A stretch of DNA of 12,453 nt from an uncultured Fibrobacterota bacterium (GCA_963729895.1 CAVSQB010000038.1:1-12453); one strand, 5' to 3'; shown: positions 1-8,339, numbered from the stretch's first letter. Made by a program: numbers and translations. Notes: generated from the letters alone by a model not told the origin.

Positions 1-2207
1 GCCTTGTGAATCCCGAGCCGGCGCGCCGTTTTTATCTTGCTGCCGCCCATATCCGCGAGCACGCTGGCCAGATACAATTTTTCCAACTCATCGAAATCCT
101 TGACATGTGAGATTGCCTGCAGGCCGGCGGGCGGAGTGCCGCCGCGTAACTGCTGGGGCAGGTGCGCAAGGCCTATCGCCGAATCCTTGCAAAAGACAAA
201 GGCATGTTCGAGTGCATTTTCGAGCTCGCGGATGTTGCCCGGAAAATTGTGGGACATGATCGCGTTGAGCGCCTCCTGCGAGACGGCTTTGATTTCTTTG
301 TTATACCTCGTATTGAGATGCTCGATAAAATGGTCGCACAGCAGCGGAATATCGCACCTCCGGTCTCTCAGCGGCGGCAGTTTTACCACAAGAACATTGA
401 TGCGGTAAAACAGGTCCTCGCGGAGTTCGCCCTCTTTCACCATGGCAGAAAGGTCTTTGTTTGTGGCGGCAATGATCCGCACGTCAACTTTTGCCTGCTC
501 GGTGGCGCCGAGAGGCTCAAACGTCTTTTCCTGCAGCACGCGAAGCAGTTTTACCTGCATGGCGGTGGATATATCGCCGATTTCGTCGAGAAAAATGGTT
601 CCCCCGTTTGCACGCATGAAGGTGCCGGGCTTGTCCTTTTTTGCATCTGTAAATGCCCCGGCCTTGTAACCGAACAGTTCGCTTTCCAGGAGGTTGTCGG
701 GCAGCGCCGAGCAGTTGATGGCGACAAACGGTTTGTTTTTGCGACCGCTCATCCCGTGCAGGGATCGCGCCACGAGCTCCTTTCCCGTGCCGCTTTCGCC
801 GGTGATGAGCACCGTGGCGGGCGTGTGAGCAACTTCGGGAAGAATATCGAATATTTCCTTCATGAGCGGACTCCGGCTCACCATGTGGTGAAAGCTGGCC
901 CGGTCCACAATTTCTTTTCGAAGATTGGCGATCTCGCGCCGGGCCTCTTCGGTCTCCTTCTTCGCCTGTTTGATTCGCGCCTCGTCGGCCCTTTTCTTTT
1001 CCGTTACATCCTGAACCTGGACAAGATAGAGCGCCTGGGACCCCGGTGATTTTTCCAGCGGGGTTATGTTCCAGATAAAATACCGGTCTCCTTTGTGTTC
1101 GCCCGCATTAACTGCAAAGGACATTTTTGTTTCGTGCTCAACGCTTTCTCCCGCGCACAGCTTGTTCTGCTCTTCTTCGGGCAACTGCAGCAGGGTGAAC
1201 ACGGAAAACGGAATATCGGCGGGCACTGCGTGATCCGGAATGCCGAACAAGTCGCAGAACGCCCTGTTCGTCTCGGTGAGCGCGCCCGCGTCGTTGCACA
1301 ATGCGATCCCGATGGGGGACCAGGACACGATGCTTTTGAAAAGCTTTTCGCTCTCTTTCAGCTTCTGCTCGGCGATGACGCGGCCGGTGATGTCGATGAT
1401 GCACATCCGCATGCCGGTGATTTCCCTGCCTGCAACAACGGGGGATGAATTGACAAGCAGATGCAGGGAGACGCCGTCCTTTCGCGTTACCGAGTAGACG
1501 CCCGGGTTGCCAAAGTCGCCGTGGTAAATATTGTGAAGGTCTTTCTTGACACGTTCGTGGTCGTCCGGCGAAATCATGTCGAACAAATAGACCCCGCGCT
1601 TGAAATCTTCCTGGGTGAGAAGGAACGTGTCGAGCCCCTTCATGTTCGTGTATGTTAATTTCATCGAATTGTCCCATTCGCAGATGACGCCGGGGAGCAG
1701 TTGGGCGGTGTCGCGGAACCGGTGTTCGCTTGCCCGCAGCTCGGCCTCGGCGCGGACACGATCGGTGATGTCGATGAGTGATATAAGGCTGCGCCTTGTC
1801 CCCGGAATCATGCCGACGCTCACGAGTATGTTGCGAATGCCGCCGTTTTTCTGCAAGAGTTTGAACTCGTACTCTGCGGGCGCGGCGCCGGACGCATCGC
1901 GCCGGCTGCGAAAGTAGCCGGTCATCCGTTCCCTGTCGTCGGGCGCAATGTACTGGGTGAAGGGCTTCCTGCTCTTTATTTCTTCCTGGCTGTACCCGGT
2001 AATGATCTCCGTTTTGTGGTTCCCGGCCGAAATGGTCATGTCGTCTTCGAGGATCAGCATTGCCGTCCCGGTGTACTCGAGGGCCGCATTGTACTGCTCC
2101 TCCTGCGTGCGCACGGCCTCGCGCATCCGCTCCACATCCTGTTGAGCGGCGGTGAGGTCTTGCACTTTCTTTATGAGTTCTTCCTTTGTCATCGATCCGA
2201 AGTCCAA
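1..2207 (-). CDS. Sigma54-dependent transcriptional activator (3x PAS + AAA+ + Fis HTH), 3' end truncated by the window edge
   Basis: Manual translation of segments across the minus-strand frame, all in one frame (absent from the ORF track because there is no stop in the window). Motifs: Walker A VLITGESGTGKELVARSLH (~760-815); INCSALPDNLLESELFGYKAGAFTDAKKDKPG (~625-720); Walker B TIFLDEIGD; HTH GSKIKTARRLGIHK at the edge. Three PAS C-termini: IDITDRVRAE, IDITGRVIAE, QDVTEKKRAD. Start is TTG 2207 (GGAGGT just upstream) or ATG 2192. Confidence 0.95.
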   Translation of the reverse strand, partial: MDFGSMTKEELIKKVQDLTAAQQDVERMREAVRTQEEQYNAALEYTGTAMLILEDDMTISAGNHKTEIITGYSQEEIKSRKPFTQYIAPDDRERMTGYFRSRRDASGAAPAEYEFKLLQKNGGIRNILVSVGMIPGTRRSLISLIDITDRVRAEAELRASEHRFRDTAQLLPGVICEWDNSMKLTYTNMKGLDTFLLTQEDFKRGVYLFDMISPDDHERVKKDLHNIYHGDFGNPGVYSVTRKDGVSLHLLVNSSPVVAGREITGMRMCIIDITGRVIAEQKLKESEKLFKSIVSWSPIGIALCNDAGALTETNRAFCDLFGIPDHAVPADIPFSVFTLLQLPEEEQNKLCAGESVEHETKMSFAVNAGEHKGDRYFIWNITPLEKSPGSQALYLVQVQDVTEKKRADEARIKQAKKETEEARREIANLRKEIVDRASFHHMVSRSPLMKEIFDILPEVAHTPATVLITGESGTGKELVARSLHGMSGRKNKPFVAINCSALPDNLLESELFGYKAGAFTDAKKDKPGTFMRANGGTIFLDEIGDISTAMQVKLLRVLQEKTFEPLGATEQAKVDVRIIAATNKDLSAMVKEGELREDLFYRINVLVVKLPPLRDRRCDIPLLCDHFIEHLNTRYNKEIKAVSQEALNAIMSHNFPGNIRELENALEHAFVFCKDSAIGLAHLPQQLRGGTPPAGLQAISHVKDFDELEKLYLASVLADMGGSKIKTARRLGIHK

Positions 2208-2271
2208 GGGACCTCCCCGGAAAATGGCCCTCGAGCACTATCGCGCGAGAGGCATTTGTCCTTTGTATCCT

Positions 2272-2300
2272 AAAATAGAATGTCTCTTACGCTTTGACAA
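2272..2300 (-). promoter_or_regulatory. Candidate sigma70 promoter for the sigma54 activator gene
   Basis: Minus strand reads TTGTCA-17 nt-TATTTT, about 65 nt upstream of the start codon. Confidence 0.5.
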
Positions 2301-2363
2301 GTCTTGAGAATCCCGGGCGCATTTGCTTCGGTTCCGCGTTCTAGTATTTTGCAGGGAGCGGGA

Positions 2364-2444
2364 ATGCGAACGCATCACTGCACGATGCTGCAGTTCGTTT
2401 CGCACGCAAACCGATACACGCATTCACCGGGGTCCATCGCGTGA
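2364..2444 (+). CDS. Possible 26-aa micro-ORF MRTHHCTMLQFVSHANRYTHSPGSIA (leader or precursor peptide?)
   Basis: AGGGAG (2353-2358) lies 5 nt before ATG 2364. Its TGA overlaps the GTG start of the radical SAM gene (GTGA 2441-2444). No homology evidence. Confidence 0.25.
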   Translation: MRTHHCTMLQFVSHANRYTHSPGSIA

Positions 2445-3319
2445 AGCCTTTCAAGCGAACCTACATCGAGATCACCAACGCGTGCAATCTCTCGTGCGCG
2501 TTTTGCCCGGGCACGTCCAGGCGCGTGGAATTCATGGACACGGGCCTCTTTGAAAGCATCCTGGCAAAGCTGGGGGCGCGCTCCACGCATCTCTATTTTC
2601 ATGTGCTGGGAGAGCCGCTTCTCCATCCGGCGCTCCCGGAGTTTCTCGACATAGCGCACAGGCGGTGTAAACTCGTGAATCTTACTACCAACGGTACGCT
2701 TATCGGAAACGCCGGTGCGGCGCTCCTGGAAAAACCAGCAGTGCGGCAGGTGACGTTTTCCCTGCACAGCTTTGCGGCCGCCGGCAAAGGATCGGTTGAC
2801 GGCTATGTCGGCCCTGTCATCGACTTCGCCCGCACGGCAAGCGCACGGCGCCTCGTGAGCCTCAGGCTGTGGAACGCGGACGAGCCCGACGTCACAGGAG
2901 TGCGCGCGGCCTTGCTTGGAATCATTAAAAGGGAATTCCCCTCGTGGCTCCCCGTGCGACGGAAACCGGGAGGAACTATGGACCTGCGTCTTGACAAAAA
3001 CATATTTCTGAATTCCGTTGCGCGTTTTTCCTGGCCGGACCCAAACGGCCCGGACTGCGGGAAAACAGGCTACTGCCTGGCGCTCAGGGAACAAATTGCC
3101 ATCCTTGTTGACGGCACTGCGGTCCCGTGCTGCCTTGACAGGGACGGAGCAATGCCGCTCGGCAATATCCGGGTGGAAACGATGGACCGGATCATTCTGT
3201 CCGATCGCGCCCGCCGCATTCACCACGGCTTTTCCAGGCGCCAGGTTGCGGAACCCCTTTGCAGGCACTGTTCTTACCGCTTGCGCTTTTCAAGGCAAGC
3301 GCCCGCCGCTTCGACGTAA
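2441..3319 (+). CDS. Radical SAM protein with C-terminal SPASM/twitch-type auxiliary Fe-S domain
   Basis: YIEITNACNLSCAFC (CxxxCxxC), LGEPLLHP and LTTNG motifs; C-terminal YC..ILVDGTAVPCCLD..LGNI..LCRHC. GTG start. Confidence 0.93.
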   Translation: MKPFKRTYIEITNACNLSCAFCPGTSRRVEFMDTGLFESILAKLGARSTHLYFHVLGEPLLHPALPEFLDIAHRRCKLVNLTTNGTLIGNAGAALLEKPAVRQVTFSLHSFAAAGKGSVDGYVGPVIDFARTASARRLVSLRLWNADEPDVTGVRAALLGIIKREFPSWLPVRRKPGGTMDLRLDKNIFLNSVARFSWPDPNGPDCGKTGYCLALREQIAILVDGTAVPCCLDRDGAMPLGNIRVETMDRIILSDRARRIHHGFSRRQVAEPLCRHCSYRLRFSRQAPAAST

Positions 3320-3356
3320 GACCCGGCGCCACTAAGAGGCGTCTCGGACCGCTCCG

Positions 3357-5252
3357 TTACCCGTCCGCATCCAGCGTGACGATCTCATACGGCAGCGTCC
3401 TGATCCGCATTGTCCCGCGGACGGTTTTTACCACGGCCCTTTTGCCTTTTCTGAATTCGAGGGGCCTGCGGCACGCCTGCCCGAAGGTCGTTTCGTTGAG
3501 CCGGACCCGGAGAACAACCGGAGGAAGGCCGCGCAGGAAGACCTTCCTTGACGCGGGCGTCAAGTTCGCGACCAGGTATCTTTTCTTTCGGTCACGCTCA
3601 AGCGCGCATGCAAGCAGCCCCCGTGCAACAACATTTTTCGGGAACCTCATGCGGCCTCCGGAAAATTCTCCCACATCCGCAAACACGTGGTACATCGGAA
3701 AAACGCGCCTGCCGCCCCGGACCATGATGCCGCAGTCGCCCGTTGTTTCGAAATACGTCATTCCGGAAGCGCCGGCCCGGGCAAGCCGCACGATGCTGCC
3801 CAGGGTCCAGACCGCGCCGAGAAGCGATTTTTGGCGCGGGTCGGGGCCGTGATCCTTGTGCGGTGATTGAGGGTTCAGCCGGGGCCTCAGCGTGACGGGC
3901 GTTAGGAAGATACGGGCGCGGGGAAACCGCTTTCGGGCGGCGGCAACCGTAGGCGCAAGGCCGTCCAGGTTCTCCAGGACGATGGCGTCGTCGAAGGTGT
4001 GCACCTGCGGAGTGGCGGAATAGCAAATGCCGGCGGCGCCCTGCAGCGATGGCGGGTGGCGGTTGATTTCCACGAAATAACCGTTGGTCCCGGTGACGAT
4101 GCCGCCGGCCGGCGCGGCCGTGCCGAGAGTTTTCCTTACAACCGAAAGGGTTTCGCGGAACGTTACCTTTTCGCCGTCCCTGAAGACGAGGAACCGCTCC
4201 ACGCGCGCCCGGCGGGCGTCGAGCACCATGCACACCGCGCGAGCGTCCTTCCTGAGGAACCGGCTTTGCTTCCGAAAGTGAAGGGCAACTTCCAGGGGCG
4301 CATTGGTGCGCGCGGCGCCGTCGGCCGCGCGCTTGAGGGCGGTTGGCCAGTTCTGATTGTCAAGCGACACATCGGCCCGGACATGAGAGAACCGGCAGGC
4401 CTTGAGCAATTCGGCCTCGCGTGTTCCCGGATGTCGCGCCGAGTCGGCCATCGAGATGCCGATGGCGGGAAGAGGCACGGACGCGCCCGCAAACTCCAAG
4501 GGCGCCGGTCGCCCGTTGCGGGTATTCTTCGCTCTGTCATGAGCGCCCGTCACCCGCACCACGATCCCCTGGGAAAATGACTCGCCCTTTTCCACACGGC
4601 GGGGTATGGTGGGAAGCAGCGGAGGGCAATAGGTCTTGAATGACGCATCTGTCCAGTTCCTCTGGTCTTCCATTTCAAACGTTTCGCCCTCAAAGCGAAG
4701 TTCGGACCTGAGCGCGGCGCCGAACCGCATAAAAAGCGCCCGCATGTTTCCAATCGGCTGACCGGGGCTTATCGCGTCCGGAAAGGCGGCGTGCGCCCGT
4801 TTGCCGTTTGTGAACTCAACCGTGCACGGTTTTCCCGCGCACTCGTTGAGGGGATGCAGCACGCAGAACCCGATCCTGTTTGCCTCGAAGCCCGACCGGG
4901 ACTCACCCTGCATTGAAAACAGCAGCGCGCCGCTTTCTGTTCCGTCAATCCTTCCGTGCCAGATAAAATCGATTCCGGGGCGGACGTGGCGGCAATCGAA
5001 TTCGATGCAAAACGATGACGCTGCTCTTTGAATCCGGAAATCCGACACGACGGGCCGCACCGTGTTCCAGAATTTGTCCCGCACGGCAACGTAGATACGC
5101 CGTACGATCTCGACATCGCCGGCCATCACCGAACGTAGGGCGCCGTCGCAGTAGGAAAGCGTGAGGCGTCCTGCGCGCAACGGAACCGGATGTTCCGGGG
5201 GAACGGCGCTGCCGCGGCGCGCTATGTTGCGTTGTGATGTTTTGGGCGTCAT
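3357..5252 (-). CDS. Conserved ~631-aa protein, probably D-apionate lactonase (ApnL)-like family
   Basis: Long ORF with motifs IYVAVRDKFWNTV, FEANRIGFCVLHP, FEMEDQRNWTDASFKTYCPPL, YFVEINR and PQVHTFDD, which I recall from ApnL-like proteins (not verified). Start moved to ATG 5252 (MTPKTSQ) because the 5375 start overlaps the divergent kinase and the promoters. Confidence 0.7.
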   Translation of the reverse strand: MTPKTSQRNIARRGSAVPPEHPVPLRAGRLTLSYCDGALRSVMAGDVEIVRRIYVAVRDKFWNTVRPVVSDFRIQRAASSFCIEFDCRHVRPGIDFIWHGRIDGTESGALLFSMQGESRSGFEANRIGFCVLHPLNECAGKPCTVEFTNGKRAHAAFPDAISPGQPIGNMRALFMRFGAALRSELRFEGETFEMEDQRNWTDASFKTYCPPLLPTIPRRVEKGESFSQGIVVRVTGAHDRAKNTRNGRPAPLEFAGASVPLPAIGISMADSARHPGTREAELLKACRFSHVRADVSLDNQNWPTALKRAADGAARTNAPLEVALHFRKQSRFLRKDARAVCMVLDARRARVERFLVFRDGEKVTFRETLSVVRKTLGTAAPAGGIVTGTNGYFVEINRHPPSLQGAAGICYSATPQVHTFDDAIVLENLDGLAPTVAAARKRFPRARIFLTPVTLRPRLNPQSPHKDHGPDPRQKSLLGAVWTLGSIVRLARAGASGMTYFETTGDCGIMVRGGRRVFPMYHVFADVGEFSGGRMRFPKNVVARGLLACALERDRKKRYLVANLTPASRKVFLRGLPPVVLRVRLNETTFGQACRRPLEFRKGKRAVVKTVRGTMRIRTLPYEIVTLDADG

Positions 5253-5263
5253 ATACAAGTCTT

Positions 5264-5293
5264 TTGAAATAGTTTGTGCAGGTAGTGTATAAT
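5264..5293 (+). promoter_or_regulatory. Candidate sigma70 promoter for the HK-RR-PP2C operon
   Basis: TTGAAA (5264-5269)-18 nt-TATAAT (5288-5293). Confidence 0.6.
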
Positions 5294-5320
5294 ATACCAG
5301 TGCGCCATACGGGCGTTCAA
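5291..5320 (-). promoter_or_regulatory. Candidate sigma70 promoter for the lactonase-like gene
   Basis: Minus strand reads TTGAAC-18 nt-TATATT with a TGn extended -10 (TGGTATATT). Confidence 0.5.
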
Positions 5321-5350
5321 GGCCGGCACCGCGCAGTGCAGTGAGGACGG

Positions 5351-6490
5351 ATGTCCATGAATCTCTTTCAGTCAATTGTCAAAAGGAAATACAAGCCCCT
5401 GATTGTCTTTGTGGGCATACTGGGGCTGTATCTTCCGGTCCAGACCATTCTCCTTTTTGTGACCGGCGACGATTCCACGCTTTCCATTTCGGTTGTCCCC
5501 GTCTTGTTTTCCGGATGGTTCATGGGGCCGTGGTGGGCCGCCATCGCGGGCGGATGCATCTGCGCGTACTTCGTCCTCGTCAAGATCATTTCTCTTGGGC
5601 TCGATGCATGGATCGACATTGCGGTCGGGGGCGGCTCCATCGCTATTTTCTCCCTCATCGGGATCGCCATCGGCAGGGTGGAGCAGTTGAACCGGCTTCT
5701 TCGTCAAGAGCTTGAGGCGAGAAAAATCGCCGAGCTGGCCCTTGAAGCGCGCACCCAGCAGCTCGCCCGGTCCAACAAGGAACTCGAACAGTTCGCCTAT
5801 ATCGCGTCGCACGACCTGCAGGAGCCGCTCCGGAAGATTTCCGCGTTCGGCTCCAGGCTGTCGTCCAAGTACGCGAGCGTGCTCGATGCGCAGGGCCAGG
5901 ACTATCTCACGCGCATGCAAAACGCCGCCTTGCGGATGCAGAGCCTCATTGAGGGCCTGCTCGCCTATTCACGCGTCACCACAAAGGCGCAGCCCTTTTC
6001 AACCGTTGATCTTTCCATAATTGTAAGCGAGGTCCTTGTGGATCTCGAAACGAAAATCAAAGACACGGCCGCGATCGTCCGCTGCGACGTCTGCGCCGCG
6101 ATTGAGGCCGATCCTTTGCAGATGCGGCAGCTGTTTCAGAACCTCATCGGCAACGCGCTCAAGTACCATGCGCCGGGCGTTGCGCCGGAGGTGAATGTCC
6201 GGGCGGAGACCGGCGCGGAAACATGCAGGATTACCGTCGTCGACAACGGCATCGGCTTCGAACAGCAATACGCGGAGCAGATTTTCGGCGTGTTTACGCG
6301 GCTTCACGGCCGCAGCAGCGAATACGAGGGGTCGGGCATCGGACTTTCGGTATGCAGGAAGATCGTGGACCGCCATGGCGGAACCATTGGGGCCCGGGCC
6401 GAGCCCGGAAAGGGCGCGACGTTTACGGTTGAGCTTCCGGTCAAACACGTTCAATCCGACAATCGCAATTCCTCGCCCGGCGGGAAGTAA
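5351..6490 (+). CDS. Membrane-bound sensor histidine kinase (Cph1/bacteriophytochrome-type HisKA + HATPase)
   Basis: About 4 N-terminal hydrophobic segments; H box LARSNKELEQFAYIASHDLQEPLRKI; N box QLFQNLIGNALKY; G1 DNGIGF; F box IFGVFTRLH; G2 GSGIGLSVC. Alternative start at ATG 5357. Confidence 0.96.
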   Translation: MSMNLFQSIVKRKYKPLIVFVGILGLYLPVQTILLFVTGDDSTLSISVVPVLFSGWFMGPWWAAIAGGCICAYFVLVKIISLGLDAWIDIAVGGGSIAIFSLIGIAIGRVEQLNRLLRQELEARKIAELALEARTQQLARSNKELEQFAYIASHDLQEPLRKISAFGSRLSSKYASVLDAQGQDYLTRMQNAALRMQSLIEGLLAYSRVTTKAQPFSTVDLSIIVSEVLVDLETKIKDTAAIVRCDVCAAIEADPLQMRQLFQNLIGNALKYHAPGVAPEVNVRAETGAETCRITVVDNGIGFEQQYAEQIFGVFTRLHGRSSEYEGSGIGLSVCRKIVDRHGGTIGARAEPGKGATFTVELPVKHVQSDNRNSSPGGK

Positions 6491-6535
6491 CGTATATTGT
6501 TTTCCCGGCGGGGCCGGGATTTCCAGGAGTCTTGT

Positions 6536-6988
6536 ATGGACGACAAGAAAAGATCCGTTGTCATTCTCATGGCCGACGATGATGAAGATGACCGGCTCAT
6601 GGCGAAAGAGGCCTTTAGCGAGGTAAAACTGATAAATCATTTCTACACCGTTGAAAACGGCGAAGAACTGATGAACTACCTCACGCGCCGCGGAACGTAT
6701 GCCGATCCGGCGGTCTCTCCCAAGCCAGGCCTCATCCTTTTGGACCTCAACATGCCCAAAAAGGACGGTCGCCAGGCCCTTGCGGAGATCAAGGCCGATC
6801 CGCTCTTGCGCCACATTCCGATAGTGGTGCTCACCACCTCGAAGGCCGAGGAGGACGTTCTGCGCTCCTACGATCTCGGGGTGAATTCTTTTATTGTCAA
6901 GCCCGTAACCTTCGACCAGCTCGTGGACATCATGAAGACGCTCACGAAATACTGGTTTGAGATCGTGGAACTTCCGCACCAGGCGTAA
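6536..6988 (+). CDS. Single-domain response regulator, Rcp1-type
   Basis: ILMADDDEDD, LILLDLNMPKKDG (phosphoacceptor Asp), VLTTS, FIVKP and the C-terminal YWFEIVELP typical of Rcp1-like receivers. AGGAG at 6525-6529 supports ATG 6536 over the TTG at 6497. Confidence 0.95.
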   Translation: MDDKKRSVVILMADDDEDDRLMAKEAFSEVKLINHFYTVENGEELMNYLTRRGTYADPAVSPKPGLILLDLNMPKKDGRQALAEIKADPLLRHIPIVVLTTSKAEEDVLRSYDLGVNSFIVKPVTFDQLVDIMKTLTKYWFEIVELPHQA

Positions 6989-6993
6989 TCCCC

Positions 6994-8184
6994 ATGCCAC
7001 CGACGCCGATTGTCCGCATGTGCCTCGTCGACGACGACGAAGACTATTACGTCATCACCAAAGACCTCCTCTCGGAGATATCGTCGTTTTCATTTGAGAT
7101 CACCTGGATCGACACCTACGAAAAAGCCCTTGACGAAACGGCACGCTCCACGTTCGACATATTGGTGTTCGACTACCGCCTGGGACCGAAGAACGGAATC
7201 GACCTGCTTCGGGAGGTGATTGCCCGGAACGTCCGCACCCCGGTGATCATGCTCACCGGCCAGGGCGACCGCGAAATTGACATAGAGGCAATGAAAGCGG
7301 GCGCGGCCGATTATCTGGTAAAGGGAAGAATCGACGCGGCGCAGCTCGAACGGTCGATTCGTTACTCCATGGACCGTTACGCTACGCTGGAGCAGCTCCG
7401 CAGCTCACGCGACTCGCTTCGTACCACCACGCAGGAGCTCGAAAAGGCCCTGCGCAGCATCAACGACGAGCTCGAAACCGCCAAACGCGTGCAGAAATCG
7501 CTTCTGCCGCAGAACGTGGATGCGCCGGCCGGCATCGAGTTCTCGGCCGTGTATCTGCCGAGCGGGGTGATCGGCGGCGACATGTACGATGTCGTCAAGA
7601 TCGACGAAACACACGTCGCCTTTCTGGTGCTCGACGTGTGCGGCCACGGCGTGCCGGCCGCGCTGATCACCGCCATGGCGAAGGTGTCGTTTACCCGCGC
7701 GATACTCAAGAACGATTCGCCAAAGTCGATTTTTGCGCAGGTGAACGCGGAGCTCTGCCGGTTTATGCCCGAGGGCAGGTACGTGACGGCGTTTCTGGCA
7801 ATTCTGGACCTGGAGAAAAAGGAATTGTCGTTTTCGCGCGCCGGCCATCCCCCGCCTGCGCACGCGAGCAGGCTGCGCCGCACCGTGGACTATTTGTCAA
7901 CAGGGGCGCCGCTTATCGGCTGTTTCACCGACAGCCAGTTCGAAGAGTCTCTCGCCGCGGTGGCGTCGGGCGACACCATCGTCTTTTACACGGACGGGCT
8001 TATGGAAAGCGTCAACGGGTCGGACGAGCGTTACCCCATGAAGGCGATGGAAGATATCATCCTGGCGGCCGGAGAGAAGCCGGCAGAGGCGACAGGCATG
8101 GCGATTATTGACTCCCTGAGGGCCTTTACCGGCCCCGTGCCGCAGGCGGACGACATTACGGTACTTGTGGTAAAAATCTTGTAA
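6994..8184 (+). CDS. Receiver domain + PP2C/SpoIIE (RsbU/RsbP-like) serine phosphatase
   Basis: N-terminal REC (VDDDEDY, FDYRLG, MLTGQG, YLVKG), a coiled coil, then PP2C motifs ELETAKRVQKSLLP, GGDMYD, DVCGHGVPAA, RAGHPPP, YTDGL and DDIT. Starts 5 nt after the stop of the receiver gene. Confidence 0.95.
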   Translation: MPPTPIVRMCLVDDDEDYYVITKDLLSEISSFSFEITWIDTYEKALDETARSTFDILVFDYRLGPKNGIDLLREVIARNVRTPVIMLTGQGDREIDIEAMKAGAADYLVKGRIDAAQLERSIRYSMDRYATLEQLRSSRDSLRTTTQELEKALRSINDELETAKRVQKSLLPQNVDAPAGIEFSAVYLPSGVIGGDMYDVVKIDETHVAFLVLDVCGHGVPAALITAMAKVSFTRAILKNDSPKSIFAQVNAELCRFMPEGRYVTAFLAILDLEKKELSFSRAGHPPPAHASRLRRTVDYLSTGAPLIGCFTDSQFEESLAAVASGDTIVFYTDGLMESVNGSDERYPMKAMEDIILAAGEKPAEATGMAIIDSLRAFTGPVPQADDITVLVVKIL

Positions 8185-8200
8185 TTGCAAAATATAAATC

Positions 8201-8264
8201 AAATACTTTTGGATAGCTGTGCCGGAAATGTGAATAATAAAATGCTTTTGGATAGCTGTGCCGG
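8201..8264. repeat. 25-bp direct repeat, two copies, 39-bp period
   Basis: AAATACTTTTGGATAGCTGTGCCGG (8201-8225) and AAATGCTTTTGGATAGCTGTGCCGG (8240-8264): 24/25 identical, with a 14-nt AT-rich spacer. Confidence 0.9.
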
Positions 8265-8319
8265 GTGACCCCCAAGAAAGTTCACTTGCAAGAATCCGAT
8301 CTTCGGTTGGGGGGCACCC
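8263..8319. repeat. 13-bp imperfect inverted repeat (stem-loop)
   Basis: GGGTGACCCCCAA (8263-8275) pairs with TTGGGGGGCACCC (8307-8319) with one mismatch. Internal mini-hairpin CCGA-TCT-TCGG (8296-8306). Confidence 0.75.
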
Positions 8320-8339
8320 AGAAATCAAGAGCAAAATGT

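Noticed and set aside
162..1049. 295-aa plus-strand ORF, other + ORFs in 37-2273, and the 366-aa minus ORF 1138-2238
   Set aside because: Antisense or off-frame shadows of the sigma54 activator, whose frame carries all the conserved motifs.
2375..3268. 297-aa minus ORF, and similar long ORFs at 5999-7000, 8590-9216 and 11409-11939
   Set aside because: Antisense shadows of well-supported genes, expected in GC-rich DNA, with no recognisable motifs.
6503..6519. Small hairpins at 6503-6519 (TCCCGGC-GGG-GCCGGGA), ~3326-3344 and 12127-12142
   Set aside because: Short, with no U-tract; too weak to call as terminators or REP elements.
8201..8264. Mini-CRISPR interpretation of the direct repeat
   Set aside because: Only two copies, a 14-nt spacer that is too short, and no cas genes.
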